A DNA stretch of 64,000 bases, taken from contig CAVYRH010000005.1 in assembly GCA_963770835.1 (NCBI GenBank), positions 320,001 to 384,000 on the forward strand, in the 5' to 3' direction. The position numbers and the translations under genes are program-made. Origin of the DNA: an uncultured Pseudomonadota bacterium (GTDB lineage Bacteria > Oederibacteriota > Muellerivitia > Muellerivitales > Muellerivitaceae). This document shows positions 47,393 to 57,633 of this stretch, piece after piece; the first letter of the stretch is position 1, and each line of letters begins with the position of its first letter. Below the pieces are notes generated by a model. The model ran no database searches. It had not been told where the DNA came from and was given only the letters and a program-made list of their open reading frames with translations.

Positions 47393-49039
47393 ATGAAACG
47401 CTTCATTATTCCAATGTTTTTATGTCTTTTGGTCTCGAACCTGGCCTGCAGGGGCACCTATCCACCTACCTCTCCGTCGGGCCCCATTACTTTGACTCCC
47501 TCAGGTACTGTTACGCAAACTGTCACCCAAACAGTGCCCGTAACTCTTACGGGTACTCCTAGCCCCTCCGGGACCATTCCCGTGACGGTGACCGTGACCT
47601 CGACGGTTACATGGACTCCAACAGCCACCCTGCCCGTTACTTTAACGGGTACGCCAATCCCTTCCCCAACCAATTCGATCACAGCCACTTGGACTCCCAC
47701 GTCAACAATGCCCGTTACTTTAACAAGCACACCCAGTTCTACTGCAACCATTCCAGTCACGGTGACTTTGATTCCCACAAGCACGGCCACTCCCACCGGG
47801 ACGTCAACGGCTTCGCTACCTACCCCCTCCTGCGGCACGACATGGTATTTAGGATTCCCCGCGAACCAGAACTCCTTTTCCATATCAGGAATAACCGACG
47901 CTTATGACCAAAGTACCGCCCCATATTCTGGAATGGTCTCCAGCCTTCATTTTTACGTTCCATCCGGTGGAGTGACGGCCAACGTCGGGATTTACTCCGA
48001 TAACGGCGGCCAGCCGGGGACGCAGTTGTCCTCATCTAATGTTTTCATCGACGGTAGCGGGTGGAATACAGTCTCCCTGAACACCCCTGTTAATGTAACC
48101 GGCGGGACCAACTATTGGCTGGCCGTTTGCTTCGGCTCCTTCACGACGATCGGGGGCGGGAACAATGCTAGTTACAGTTATCTTACCCAACCAGTAAGTT
48201 CGCTCATCCTTCCTTCCTCCTATGGCGGGGGAGCCGCTTCAAATATTGGATGGCTGGCAATTTACGCGGACATCTGCCCCTCCGCTGGAACCCCGACCTC
48301 GACACCAACCTCCACCGCCACGCTAACCGGCTTGGATATTTCGGGCCCTGTTACTCTTTCCGGAGGAAATTACGACTATTCCTATGTTCATGTTCACTCA
48401 AACACTCTTTATCTCGGCGGTCCGGTAACCTTTAGCCTAACGGGATATTTCGCTCTGGATGCTGGAGCATCCATCACAGGATGGGCGGGCTATTCCGTGA
48501 CTGAGCCAGGAGTGCCTTCTAATTTTGCTTCCGGCGGCGCCGGTGGAGGTCATGGCGGCACGGGCGGGGCGGATGCCCAGGGAAATAGCGGTGGGTCGGC
48601 TTATGACAATATCCTGGCGCCAACCCTTCCGGGAAGCTGGGGAGGAGGGGGCAGCTGCAGCCAGCAAGGATTCGCCGGCGATTTGATTCAGGTTAACGTA
48701 GTGAATGGCCCTGCGACATTGAATGGTATCATTTTCGCGAGCGGGGGTGCTGGTACTGTTTCTAATTGCGTTGGCGCCGCCATGGCTACAGGAGGGGCTT
48801 CGGGTGGAACCATCTTTATCCAGGCGGATACCATCGAAGGCAACGGCGCATTGTTGGCAGATGGCGGCGCGGGAGGCGCGGGCAGCACCTATAACAGCGG
48901 CGGAGGAGGGGGAGGAATTATCCTTCTTTCTACCCATACGGCGAACAATTTCACTGGCACCAATTCCGTGCAAGGCGGAATAGCGTCCTCCCCCGCACAG
49001 GCTGGCCAGCCGGGTGCCTTTAACAACACGACTTATTAA
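47393..49039 (+). CDS. Surface lipoprotein: Thr/Pro mucin-like stalk, beta-sandwich domain, Gly-rich C-terminal domain
   Basis: Lipobox NLAC; repeated PVTLT; GIYSDNGGQPG..GWNTV..YWLAV; GGAGGGHGGTGG, GGASGGTIFI, GGGGGGIILL. Confidence 0.78.
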   Translation: MKRFIIPMFLCLLVSNLACRGTYPPTSPSGPITLTPSGTVTQTVTQTVPVTLTGTPSPSGTIPVTVTVTSTVTWTPTATLPVTLTGTPIPSPTNSITATWTPTSTMPVTLTSTPSSTATIPVTVTLIPTSTATPTGTSTASLPTPSCGTTWYLGFPANQNSFSISGITDAYDQSTAPYSGMVSSLHFYVPSGGVTANVGIYSDNGGQPGTQLSSSNVFIDGSGWNTVSLNTPVNVTGGTNYWLAVCFGSFTTIGGGNNASYSYLTQPVSSLILPSSYGGGAASNIGWLAIYADICPSAGTPTSTPTSTATLTGLDISGPVTLSGGNYDYSYVHVHSNTLYLGGPVTFSLTGYFALDAGASITGWAGYSVTEPGVPSNFASGGAGGGHGGTGGADAQGNSGGSAYDNILAPTLPGSWGGGGSCSQQGFAGDLIQVNVVNGPATLNGIIFASGGAGTVSNCVGAAMATGGASGGTIFIQADTIEGNGALLADGGAGGAGSTYNSGGGGGGIILLSTHTANNFTGTNSVQGGIASSPAQAGQPGAFNNTTY

Positions 49040-49096
49040 CCCTTTACAAACGGTCCAAGCCACTAGGTATGCCTGGTGGCTTGGCACAGCCGATGA

Positions 49097-50920
49097 TTAA
49101 TGCCCAGTAATGAGCTTTCTCCATTGTTTCCGCAGAACATGGGCCGCCAGTTTGGGACGCCGGTCGCGGGTGAAGACGCCCTTCCAGTTCATGGCGCCGG
49201 GCCGGTGGGGGGCCTGGGCGGTCTTGAAATCGCAAAGATTCCAAATATGGGCTCCAGCCACGTAGGGGAGCTTATCCAGGACCTTCAGGTAACGTTCAAT
49301 CATTTCGGCCTGGTATTCCTCCGAAAACATCTCCGGCGGTTCGGCATGATGGCCCGGTATGGCATCCGCGCCAAATTCGGTCAGGATCAGGGGTTTTTGA
49401 AAGCGGCGGTGGATGGTCTCCATGTCTTTGGGAAGCTTTTCGCAAGCCTTATCCAAGTCGCCTTCCTCGCTGTACCAACCGAAGTAACGGTTAACGCAAA
49501 CTGCGTCCAGGAACTGGAACGCTTCTTCCTTTAAACCGATATAGCTTGCGAGGGTGATGGGGCGGGTTTTATCAAGGCTCCGGGCCAAATCCGCCAGGTT
49601 CTTGAAAAAGCCCCTGGCAGCGGGCCGGTGGGAATGGGGCTCGTTGGCCAGACTCCACAGAATGACGCTGGGGTGGTTCTTATCGCGGTCGATCAGTTCC
49701 TGCGTGTATTGGCTGCAAAGCTCAAGGCGTTTGCCCAAGCCCTCCTCGTTGAAAAAAAGGCCCACCGCGGGCGTTTCATCGATCACAAGGAAACCCATCC
49801 GGTCGGCCAGGTCCAGGATTTCCTCCGAATAGGGGTAATGGGATGTCCGGAAGGAATTGGCGCCCACCCATTTCATCAATTCATAATCCTTGACCACCAC
49901 GGCGGCAGGTAGATGGCGGCCGGTAACGGGGAAATCCTCGTGGCGCCCGAAACCCCTCAGGTGGATGGGTTTTCCATTCAAAAGGAAACGGCTCCCCTTG
50001 ACGCGGATGGTCCGAATGCCAACGGGCAAGTCGATTTGATCGATGATTTCATTGTTCTGGACCATCTCCACCTTGAGCTGGTAAAGATTCGGCGAACCTG
50101 GGGCCCAAAGCCTCGCATTGGGAACGCTCAAAAGAGCCGTGGTTTTCCCTGGGCCGATTGCTTTGACGGCGATTACTTTGCGGTCGAATCCTGTCAGGCA
50201 GAAACGCGCAGTAAGGGATTGGGAAGAATCGGTGGCCACTTCGACCTTTACCGCGCCCGTCTTGCCGGAGATATCCGTTATGACGGTTATATCCTGGATA
50301 GAGGTTTGGGGAGTTGCGACCAAAAGAACAGGCCGATGTATTCCGCAGTAAGGGAAGAAGTCGAACGAAGCGGGTGGGTTAAAAAAATTATTAAAACGAT
50401 CCTTGGGATCGGGCGGGACATTGCCGGGAGGTACCCGGTTGGGGGCCAAAAGGCCTTCAACCCTTACCACCAAGAGGTTATCCTTGGGTTTTAAATGTGG
50501 AGTAGTTTCCAAAACAAAGGGCAGGTGTCCCCCTTCGTGTTCCCCTAATTTCGTCCCATTGAGCCAAACCTGGGCCAGGTAGTTCACCGAGCCGAACCGG
50601 ATGGAAAGATGCTTGTCTTTAAATCCCCAAGGTAAGTCAAAACGAGTTTGGTACCAGGCCGGTCCCAGATAATCCCGCGTGTCCTGGTATTGATCATTCC
50701 AGCTGGAAGGAACGGCGATGAGACGGTCCTGGGGGAAACCCTTGGACCAGCCTTTGGAAAGGCCCGAATCTTTCGGGTCCAGCCGGAAATCCCAAAAGCC
50801 CGAAAGGTCCTGGAATTGACGGAAGGAATTATTTTGGGGATAAATCACGGTTTTTTCTTGGGCTGCGGGTATTTGCTCTCGTAAGGATTTAACATGTTCC
50901 GATATGAAGGGTTTTTCCAA
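49097..50920 (-). CDS. uidA: Beta-glucuronidase (GH2)
   Basis: GFGRHED, ANSFRTSHYPY, WSLANEP, NRYFGWY, TEFGAD, NWKGVFTRDRRPK. Confidence 0.88.
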   Translation of the reverse strand: MEKPFISEHVKSLREQIPAAQEKTVIYPQNNSFRQFQDLSGFWDFRLDPKDSGLSKGWSKGFPQDRLIAVPSSWNDQYQDTRDYLGPAWYQTRFDLPWGFKDKHLSIRFGSVNYLAQVWLNGTKLGEHEGGHLPFVLETTPHLKPKDNLLVVRVEGLLAPNRVPPGNVPPDPKDRFNNFFNPPASFDFFPYCGIHRPVLLVATPQTSIQDITVITDISGKTGAVKVEVATDSSQSLTARFCLTGFDRKVIAVKAIGPGKTTALLSVPNARLWAPGSPNLYQLKVEMVQNNEIIDQIDLPVGIRTIRVKGSRFLLNGKPIHLRGFGRHEDFPVTGRHLPAAVVVKDYELMKWVGANSFRTSHYPYSEEILDLADRMGFLVIDETPAVGLFFNEEGLGKRLELCSQYTQELIDRDKNHPSVILWSLANEPHSHRPAARGFFKNLADLARSLDKTRPITLASYIGLKEEAFQFLDAVCVNRYFGWYSEEGDLDKACEKLPKDMETIHRRFQKPLILTEFGADAIPGHHAEPPEMFSEEYQAEMIERYLKVLDKLPYVAGAHIWNLCDFKTAQAPHRPGAMNWKGVFTRDRRPKLAAHVLRKQWRKLITGH

Positions 50921-50984
50921 AGGTCCTTTCCCTTATTGGGGGTCTTCTTGGTTTTGGGCTTCTTGAGCTTCATTGGGTGCGCTC

Positions 50985-51896
50985 CTAAAACAAAACTGCC
51001 GAAAGGCTGATGGCGCCCGTGACCGTCACGGCTGAAAGGAGGGTCGTGATAAACACTACGTCCGCCGTGAAAGTGGGCTCTTTATTATATTCGATGCCGA
51101 ATAAGACCACGGTTACGGCGGTGGGGAAGGCGCTGGAAACGAACAAAACTCGGGCCAAAAGGCCGTGGAGCCCCATGAGGTGAATCAAGCCGAAAGCCAG
51201 TAAAGGGCATAAAAGAAGCCGGGCCGCCACCGTTACCCAGACTTGCAGGGGATGGCGCAGCGAAATACCGCTTTGCCCCAATTGGGCTCCTAACGTTAAA
51301 AGGGCGATCGGGGCCATGCTGTCCGCCACCCATTTTAACGGGGTCATCAGGGCGTCAGGCAGGTCCAGGTTGAAGCCACGGATCGCGAGGGCGAGAAAAA
51401 GGGCGTAAAGGATCGGGAGCTTGAGGATGGTCTTGACGCCCATTCTCCATTCGCTCCATCCCCCCACAACTAGGATCCCCAAGGTGTAAGTAATGACATT
51501 CATGGCGGTGATGGTGAGAACCTGGATTGCGACCCCCTCCCCCTGAAAGGCAAGCATCACGACCGGTATGCCGTAATTGGCTGAATTAAAAACCATGACG
51601 GCCAGGGTGGCGGCGGAGGCAAGATTGGTTTCGAACTTAAGCAGGCGGGTCAGCCCATACATGACCCCGAAAGTGAGGCAAGCCAATAAGATGTTGAAAA
51701 GGATAGTTTCCGCCATGGCCTGGTTGGCGGGTTTAAAGATGAGCAGGCTGTAAAACATGAAGACGGGGATAAAGATGTAAAAATTCAACTTGGAAAGGGA
51801 AGCCAGGTCCAATGTGAAATATTTGGAAACCAAAAAACCCAAACCCATGACGATGAAGATCGGAAGGATGACATTGACGGCGATAAAAAGGAACAA
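50985..51896 (-). CDS. AEC (auxin efflux carrier) family transporter
   Basis: ~10 TM; NSANYGIPV, PIALLTLG, AFPTAV. Confidence 0.85.
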   Translation of the reverse strand: MFLFIAVNVILPIFIVMGLGFLVSKYFTLDLASLSKLNFYIFIPVFMFYSLLIFKPANQAMAETILFNILLACLTFGVMYGLTRLLKFETNLASAATLAVMVFNSANYGIPVVMLAFQGEGVAIQVLTITAMNVITYTLGILVVGGWSEWRMGVKTILKLPILYALFLALAIRGFNLDLPDALMTPLKWVADSMAPIALLTLGAQLGQSGISLRHPLQVWVTVAARLLLCPLLAFGLIHLMGLHGLLARVLFVSSAFPTAVTVVLFGIEYNKEPTFTADVVFITTLLSAVTVTGAISLSAVLF

Positions 51897-52092
51897 GAGA
51901 AACTCCAGTGAGAAATTTCCCGGCGTGTAGAACGGTTATTTTACTCGACGGTTCGAACACAACGGGCAACATTTATGTTCAAAATTTTCATTCCCATGGG
52001 CTATACTTTGATTCCAAGATGACATTCTCCACCGGAACTTCCCAGAAATACGATTTCCCAGGTTTCCCGCATCTTTTGAGGCGGGAATTCTG

Positions 52093-54563
52093 ATGGCCAA
52101 AGATGAACGCCACCATTTCCTGGTGGTTTTTCTTACCGGTAGCTTGGGTATTCTTCTCGGGCTATCCCTCATCCCCACGGGCGCGAAGCCAAACCTCTTA
52201 GGAAACATTGGATCGGGCGCCTCTTTTTCCTTTATGACGGCTTCGGCCTTTGTGCCTGGGTTTTTCCGCTAGTTTTTTTCCGGTTCGCCGTTGCCCGATT
52301 CCAAAACGCCCCGCTTTCCAAACCCGGCTTGAAAATCATCGGTTTGTTTTTGGGGTTGGTATCCCTCTGCGCGGCCCTGCATGTCCTTTTTCCCAATATC
52401 CAAATGTTTTCCCCCGCGCAAATGCGGGAGGAGATCGAGTGGGGGGGCAAATTGGGCCAAGTGGTGGGGGACCGGATGGAAGCGGTCCTAACGCGCTTTG
52501 GCACCGTGGTCATCTGCCTGATGGTATTGGTGTTGGCCGCGTGGTTTTTGGAAAAGGAAGAACACCTGGTGAGGGCGGCTAAGGGGACCCTGGAAGGCTT
52601 TAGCCGGGGGGGAAAATGGTTCCAGGAACACGGTTTTGAGGCTTTCGCCCTTCTCCACGAGAAAGCCTTGGCCGCCTTTTCCGACTGGAAAAACCGCAGG
52701 CAAGAAAAAAAAGTGGCCGACGAGGCAAGGCGGAAATTAAAAACCGGAACGGAAACCGTTAAATTCCCAACTCGAGAAGAGCCAGCTCCCCGGAAACCCA
52801 AACCCGCACCGATCGTGGCCACCGTGGAATTATCTTCCAAATCAGCCCTGCCGCAAAAGACCTCCGCCAAATCCAAGGGCTTTTTTACCGGGGAAGTGGA
52901 GCCCGAGGAACTTTCCCCTAACACTTTCCATCCCGCTGCGGATACAACGCCTGAAACCGAAGACGATGTTGTATCCGCGGCCATGGCTGAAGCCAAGGGA
53001 CCCGATCCACTGACCCGCCGGCAAAAGATGGAAGCCGCCAGTATTGAGATTGCCGGGGAAGAAGAGGAAGCTGGGGAACCCGCCAAGCCCGTACGCGTTA
53101 TCCGCCAATGGCAGCTGCCGACCCCGCATATCCTCAAATCCGTGGAGGAATCCAAGGATTGGCCCACCGACGACTTTGAGGGGGTGAGCCGCACCCTTAA
53201 GGAAAGTCTGACCAATTTCGGGGTGGACGCCAACGTGGTGGGGGTCAACCCCGGTCCGACCGTCACCCAATACGAAGTCCAACCCGCCGCCGGCGTGAAG
53301 ATCACCCGCATCGCGTCCCTGGCGGACGATTTGGCCCTGGCCCTAAAATGCGGACATGTGCGCGTGGTGGCGCCTATTCCGGGCAAGGCCACCGTCGGCA
53401 TTGAAGTTCCCAACGTCAAGGGGCGCATAGTCACTTTAAAGGAGCTTATTTCCCAGGAAAATTTTCTTTCCTCAAGCAAGAAGCTACTCGTGGCCCTGGG
53501 CAAGGACATCGCGGGCGACATCGTCTTGGCCCCCATCAGGGAACTGCCCCATGTCTTGATCGCCGGTTCCACGGGTTCGGGTAAGAGCGTTTGCGTGAAC
53601 ACCTTCATTGCCAGCCTCATCTTCAAATACAACCCTGAGGAACTCCGGATGGTGCTGATCGATCCCAAAAGGGTGGAAATGGCCATTTACCAGGGTTTGC
53701 CCCATTTGGCCCTACCGGTCGTCAACGACCCCAAGGAAGCCCACTTTGCCTTGAAATGGCTGGTGAGGGAAATGGAAGAACGCTATCAAGCGCTGGCTCA
53801 CGCGGGCGCCCGGGATATCGACACCTACAACGCGAAAATTCTTCAAAAGCGAGCGGCGGGCGAAACAGACCAGTACCCGATGTATTACATCGTCGTGCTG
53901 GTGGACGAACTGGCGGACTTGATGATGGTCGCCAAGGACCAGGTGGAGGATTCCATCACCCGGCTAGCCCAGATGGCCCGGGCCGTTGGCATCCACCTGG
54001 TTCTGGCCACCCAGCGACCCAGCGTGGAAGTCATCACGGGAATCATCAAAGCCAACTTTCCCTCGCGCATCGCCTTCCAGGTTTTTTCCAAGGTGGATTC
54101 CCGAACCATTCTCGACATGAACGGCGCGGAAGCGCTTCTAGGGCGCGGCGACATGCTTTACCTGCCTTCGGGCGCCCCCAAACCCTTGCGGCTTCAGGGG
54201 GCCTATGTTACGTTGGAAGAAATCGAGCGGCTGGTGGATTTCTGGAAATCCCAGGGATCACCCCAATATTCGGCCGATTTAACCGCTTCCAAGTCCAAGG
54301 ATGTTGTTACCGAGGATTCGGAGGACGAACTTTACGATGAGGCGGTGGAGATCGTTATGCGGGCCAAACAGGCCTCCACCTCCCTGCTCCAACGGCGCCT
54401 GAAGGTTGGCTATGGCCGGGCGGCGCGGCTCCTGGATGACATGGAAGTGCGGGGAATCGTGGGTCCCGCCGACGGCAACAAACCCAGGAAGATACTCGCC
54501 CCCAGCGCGTCTAATCTTCCGATGGAAGACGATGAGGAAGCCCTTGATGAAAAAGTCGATTAA
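52093..54563 (+). CDS. ftsK: DNA translocase FtsK with a 1-nt frameshift near 52224-52228
   Basis: Motor motifs AGSTGSGKS, IDPKRVE, VDELADLM, LATQRPS, gamma LQRRLKVGYGRAAR; the N-terminal TM start at ATG 52093 lies in another frame. Confidence 0.9.
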
Positions 54564-55251
54564 ACCATTTCTTGGTCGTCAGTTCTCAGTCATTAGCAAA
54601 GGCATCATCTTTGGTGTTTTTTCCTTGATGATAGCCTCAGGCGTTTGGGCTGATGCGGCGAAGGACTTGTCCGTCGACGAGGTTTCCAAAAAAGTGGAGG
54701 ACGCCCAAGCTGTCGTCAAGGATGTCCAGATGGACTTAAGCATGGAAATGAAGGATTCCCTTTCGGGCACCCAACAAAAGGTGAAGGGCCAGATCAAGAT
54801 CAAGTCGCCGAATCTGGTTTATGTCCATTACACCCAGCCCACCGAACAATTCCTTTACGTAGCCGGGACCTCGGCGCAAATGTACCAACCGGCCCAAAAG
54901 ATGGTTTACCAACAGCGCAATGGCAATGGAGCGCAAGCCGAGCCCGTCTACCTGGGAGTGGGTAAGGAATTAAAAAGGTATATTAGTATCAGCCGGGTTT
55001 CCATCATCAAGGACACCGAGAGTGAAATCGAACTGCTTTTTATCCCGGTGGTGGAAGACGCAGGTTTCGACAAGATGCGTGTTTCTATCCATAAAAAGGA
55101 CTGGTGGCCCTACCAGATGGAAGTGGAAACGCCTTCCATGACCACCGAGGCCGTATTTTCCAATTTTTCCTTTAATCAGGGCCTGGCCGAAAGCCTCTTC
55201 CAATTCACCCCGCCCAAGAGCGCGCAGGTCGTGGAAGGAGCGGTTTTTTAA
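54547..55251 (+). CDS. lolA: Outer-membrane lipoprotein carrier protein LolA-like
   Basis: Signal peptide; KGQIKIKSPN..HYTQPTEQ; NQGLAESLFQFTPP; follows ftsK. Confidence 0.78.
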   Translation: MKKSIKPFLGRQFSVISKGIIFGVFSLMIASGVWADAAKDLSVDEVSKKVEDAQAVVKDVQMDLSMEMKDSLSGTQQKVKGQIKIKSPNLVYVHYTQPTEQFLYVAGTSAQMYQPAQKMVYQQRNGNGAQAEPVYLGVGKELKRYISISRVSIIKDTESEIELLFIPVVEDAGFDKMRVSIHKKDWWPYQMEVETPSMTTEAVFSNFSFNQGLAESLFQFTPPKSAQVVEGAVF

Positions 55252-56139
55252 ATGATCATCGGTACGGAATTAAAAGAAGCCCGGGAGTCCAAGAAGATAT
55301 CCCTGGATACGGTTTCCAAACGGACCAAAATCCCCCCGAAATACCTGGAAGCCCTTGAGGAAAACCGGTTTGACATTTTCCCATCTCATACCTATGCCAA
55401 GGGTTTCATCCGGGCCTACGCCAAAGTCGTAGGGTTGGATCCGGCAGTCCTGACCCGGCAATTCAACGTCGAGGTCCAGCCGGTGGAAATGCGCATCCAA
55501 CCTAAAAATGCCGAAGCCGAATTGGAAAAAACCTTGGGTTGGCGGCCCACCCTGGACCGCCCGCCGGTCTTCCGTAAACATGACGAAGAACCCGACCTGA
55601 ACTTGGAAATGGTGGAAGAGGAGGCGACCCAGCACAATCCATCGATCATACGCCGGAGGGACTTTGCCCTGCGGCGGGAGAAGTGGGCCCAGTGGAGCGG
55701 AAAGGCGGTTGTAACGCTTTTGGCCTTGGCACTGGTTGGAACGGTTGTGGTTTACGGCGTCAAATGGATTTCCAATATAAAATGGGGTGGAACCAAGACT
55801 GAAGCCGTTTTGACGGACAACCCGGCTTATCAGCCGGTGGCGGTGGCAGATAAATACCAGCACCTCATTTTGAAAGGGTTGGACAAATCCTGGGTTCAAG
55901 TCACCATGGATGACGGCCAGTCCAGTTCCGAAGTGGACCTGGATCAGGGTGAAACCAAGACCTATAAAGCCCTCAAGAGTTTCAAGGTGAAACTGGGGAA
56001 TGCCGGGGGAGTGCAAATCCAATTCAACGGCAAGCCCTTGGGCATTTTGGGTGCCACTGGACAGGTTGTTGAAATTCAATTACCGCCCGGTTCGGGCGGA
56101 TCCAGCGATACTTCCGATGGAGTCAATAACGGAACCTAA
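55252..56139 (+). CDS. rodZ: RodZ-like protein (HTH, TM, DUF4115)
   Basis: LKEARE..TKI..YLEALEE..KGFIRAYA; LGNAGGVQIQFNGK. Confidence 0.85.
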   Translation: MIIGTELKEARESKKISLDTVSKRTKIPPKYLEALEENRFDIFPSHTYAKGFIRAYAKVVGLDPAVLTRQFNVEVQPVEMRIQPKNAEAELEKTLGWRPTLDRPPVFRKHDEEPDLNLEMVEEEATQHNPSIIRRRDFALRREKWAQWSGKAVVTLLALALVGTVVVYGVKWISNIKWGGTKTEAVLTDNPAYQPVAVADKYQHLILKGLDKSWVQVTMDDGQSSSEVDLDQGETKTYKALKSFKVKLGNAGGVQIQFNGKPLGILGATGQVVEIQLPPGSGGSSDTSDGVNNGT

Positions 56140-56191
56140 ATCCCGTTCCTTTCCTTTGTGCTTAAAAGCGGTTTAAATTTAGGAGTTTTAA

Positions 56192-56692
56192 ATGGCGGAC
56201 ACCTATTCATTCGACGTGGTTTCGGACGTGGATCTGCAGGAAGTGGATAACGCGGTCAACCAGTCCATGAAAGAAATCTCCCAGCGTTATGACTTTAAGG
56301 GGAGCATCAGCAAGGTCACCCTCAACAAGACCACCAAGGAACTGGAAATCGTTGCGGATAACGAATCCAGGCTCAACGCCGTGGTGGATATCCTCAAAGG
56401 AAAGTTCATCAAACGCAACATCTCCCCGAAAGCCCTGGATTTCCAAAAGATGGAGCCCGCCTTCAGTGGAACCGTGACCCAGAAGGTGAAGATCATCAGT
56501 GGGATGCCTATGGAGGCCTGCAAGGACATCGTGAAGCGCATCAAGGATTCCAAACTCAAGGCACAAGTTTCCATTGTGGACGAGAAGGTGCGGGTTTCGG
56601 GCAAGTCCAAGGATGACCTCCAGGCGGTAATGCAGTTGCTGAGGTCGGCGACGGACATCAAGATTGCGCTTCAATTCAACAACTACCGTTGA
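56192..56692 (+). CDS. yajQ: YajQ family nucleotide/c-di-GMP binding protein
   Basis: SFDVVS..EVDNAVNQ..RYDFKG; VRVSGKSKDDLQ; QFNNYR. Confidence 0.93.
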   Translation: MADTYSFDVVSDVDLQEVDNAVNQSMKEISQRYDFKGSISKVTLNKTTKELEIVADNESRLNAVVDILKGKFIKRNISPKALDFQKMEPAFSGTVTQKVKIISGMPMEACKDIVKRIKDSKLKAQVSIVDEKVRVSGKSKDDLQAVMQLLRSATDIKIALQFNNYR

Positions 56693-56703
56693 AAAAGGCG
56701 GAA

Positions 56704-57633
56704 ATGAAAAATATCAAAGCACCCTCCTCCGTCTTTGATGCCTATCCCTGGGTTTGGAAATCCTGTCTTACCCTTTGGCCCCTTTTCTTAGTCCAATTTC
56801 TTTTCTTGGTCCTCCAATACGCGACGTTTTTTTTGTGCCTAGCCGTGCTCTTTGGCCCCTTTATTACCCATAACATTGATCAAATCGCCGAAGGACTTAA
56901 ACATCCCCAAGGCTATGATTGGACCCCCATTGTTTCCAACTGGGTTTCCACCGCCACCGACCCTACTTGGATTGCCATTGCGTTTGGGTTGGTGCTGCTC
57001 TACGTCACGTGGTGGTGCCTTCTTTCCGCGATGTCGGATGGAGGTGTTTTCAGGACGTTTTGGGACTACTTTGAGAACGGTAAGACTTTCGACTGGGGTA
57101 ATTTTTTTAAAAGCGCCTTCCATTGGATGATCCCCATGCTTTGGCTGCAGTTTTTCCTCTCGCTTTGGTTTTTAGGTGTATTTCTCGTTTGGCTGACACT
57201 CGTTGGCGTAGTCGCCGCGCTTCTGGCCTTAACCGGGGCAAGTGCTGGAGTAATTATTGTCGTTGCGGTTGTTTTGGGAATACCCTCCCTTCTTTTATGG
57301 ATCCCATTTGGCATGGGGTTCACGGTTTTCAGTTTTTTGAGCAAGGCTTATCTGACGAAAGGTAGGACCGCCCAAGAAGCCATCCGCGAGGCCTTTCACA
57401 AATTCAAAGCCGATAACTGGCAAGTGGGCTTGGGACTTCTCGTGGCTTTTTTAATCTATGTGGGGGTAAGTGTTTTCTTGAGGATGGCATTGCAAGTCAT
57501 GAGCATGATACCGATTTTGGGAGTCCTTTTTTCGCTCCTGGATATGGTCGTTGGTATCGGGTTGGTCATTCTGATGGTGATTTACCTCTCGGGCCTGTCG
57601 GTGGCCTACCTCCAGGATGAGGCCAAGGCTTGA
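56704..57633 (+). CDS. Hypothetical integral membrane protein
   Basis: Six or more TM segments; coupled between yajQ and recO. Confidence 0.7.
   Translation: MKNIKAPSSVFDAYPWVWKSCLTLWPLFLVQFLFLVLQYATFFLCLAVLFGPFITHNIDQIAEGLKHPQGYDWTPIVSNWVSTATDPTWIAIAFGLVLLYVTWWCLLSAMSDGGVFRTFWDYFENGKTFDWGNFFKSAFHWMIPMLWLQFFLSLWFLGVFLVWLTLVGVVAALLALTGASAGVIIVVAVVLGIPSLLLWIPFGMGFTVFSFLSKAYLTKGRTAQEAIREAFHKFKADNWQVGLGLLVAFLIYVGVSVFLRMALQVMSMIPILGVLFSLLDMVVGIGLVILMVIYLSGLSVAYLQDEAKA

Noticed and set aside
52232..53686. 484-aa minus-strand ORF and other long antisense ORFs (e.g. 253-1080, 8451-9362, 12393-13397, 60247-61107)
   Set aside because: Shadows of well-conserved genes in GC-rich sequence; no recognisable motifs
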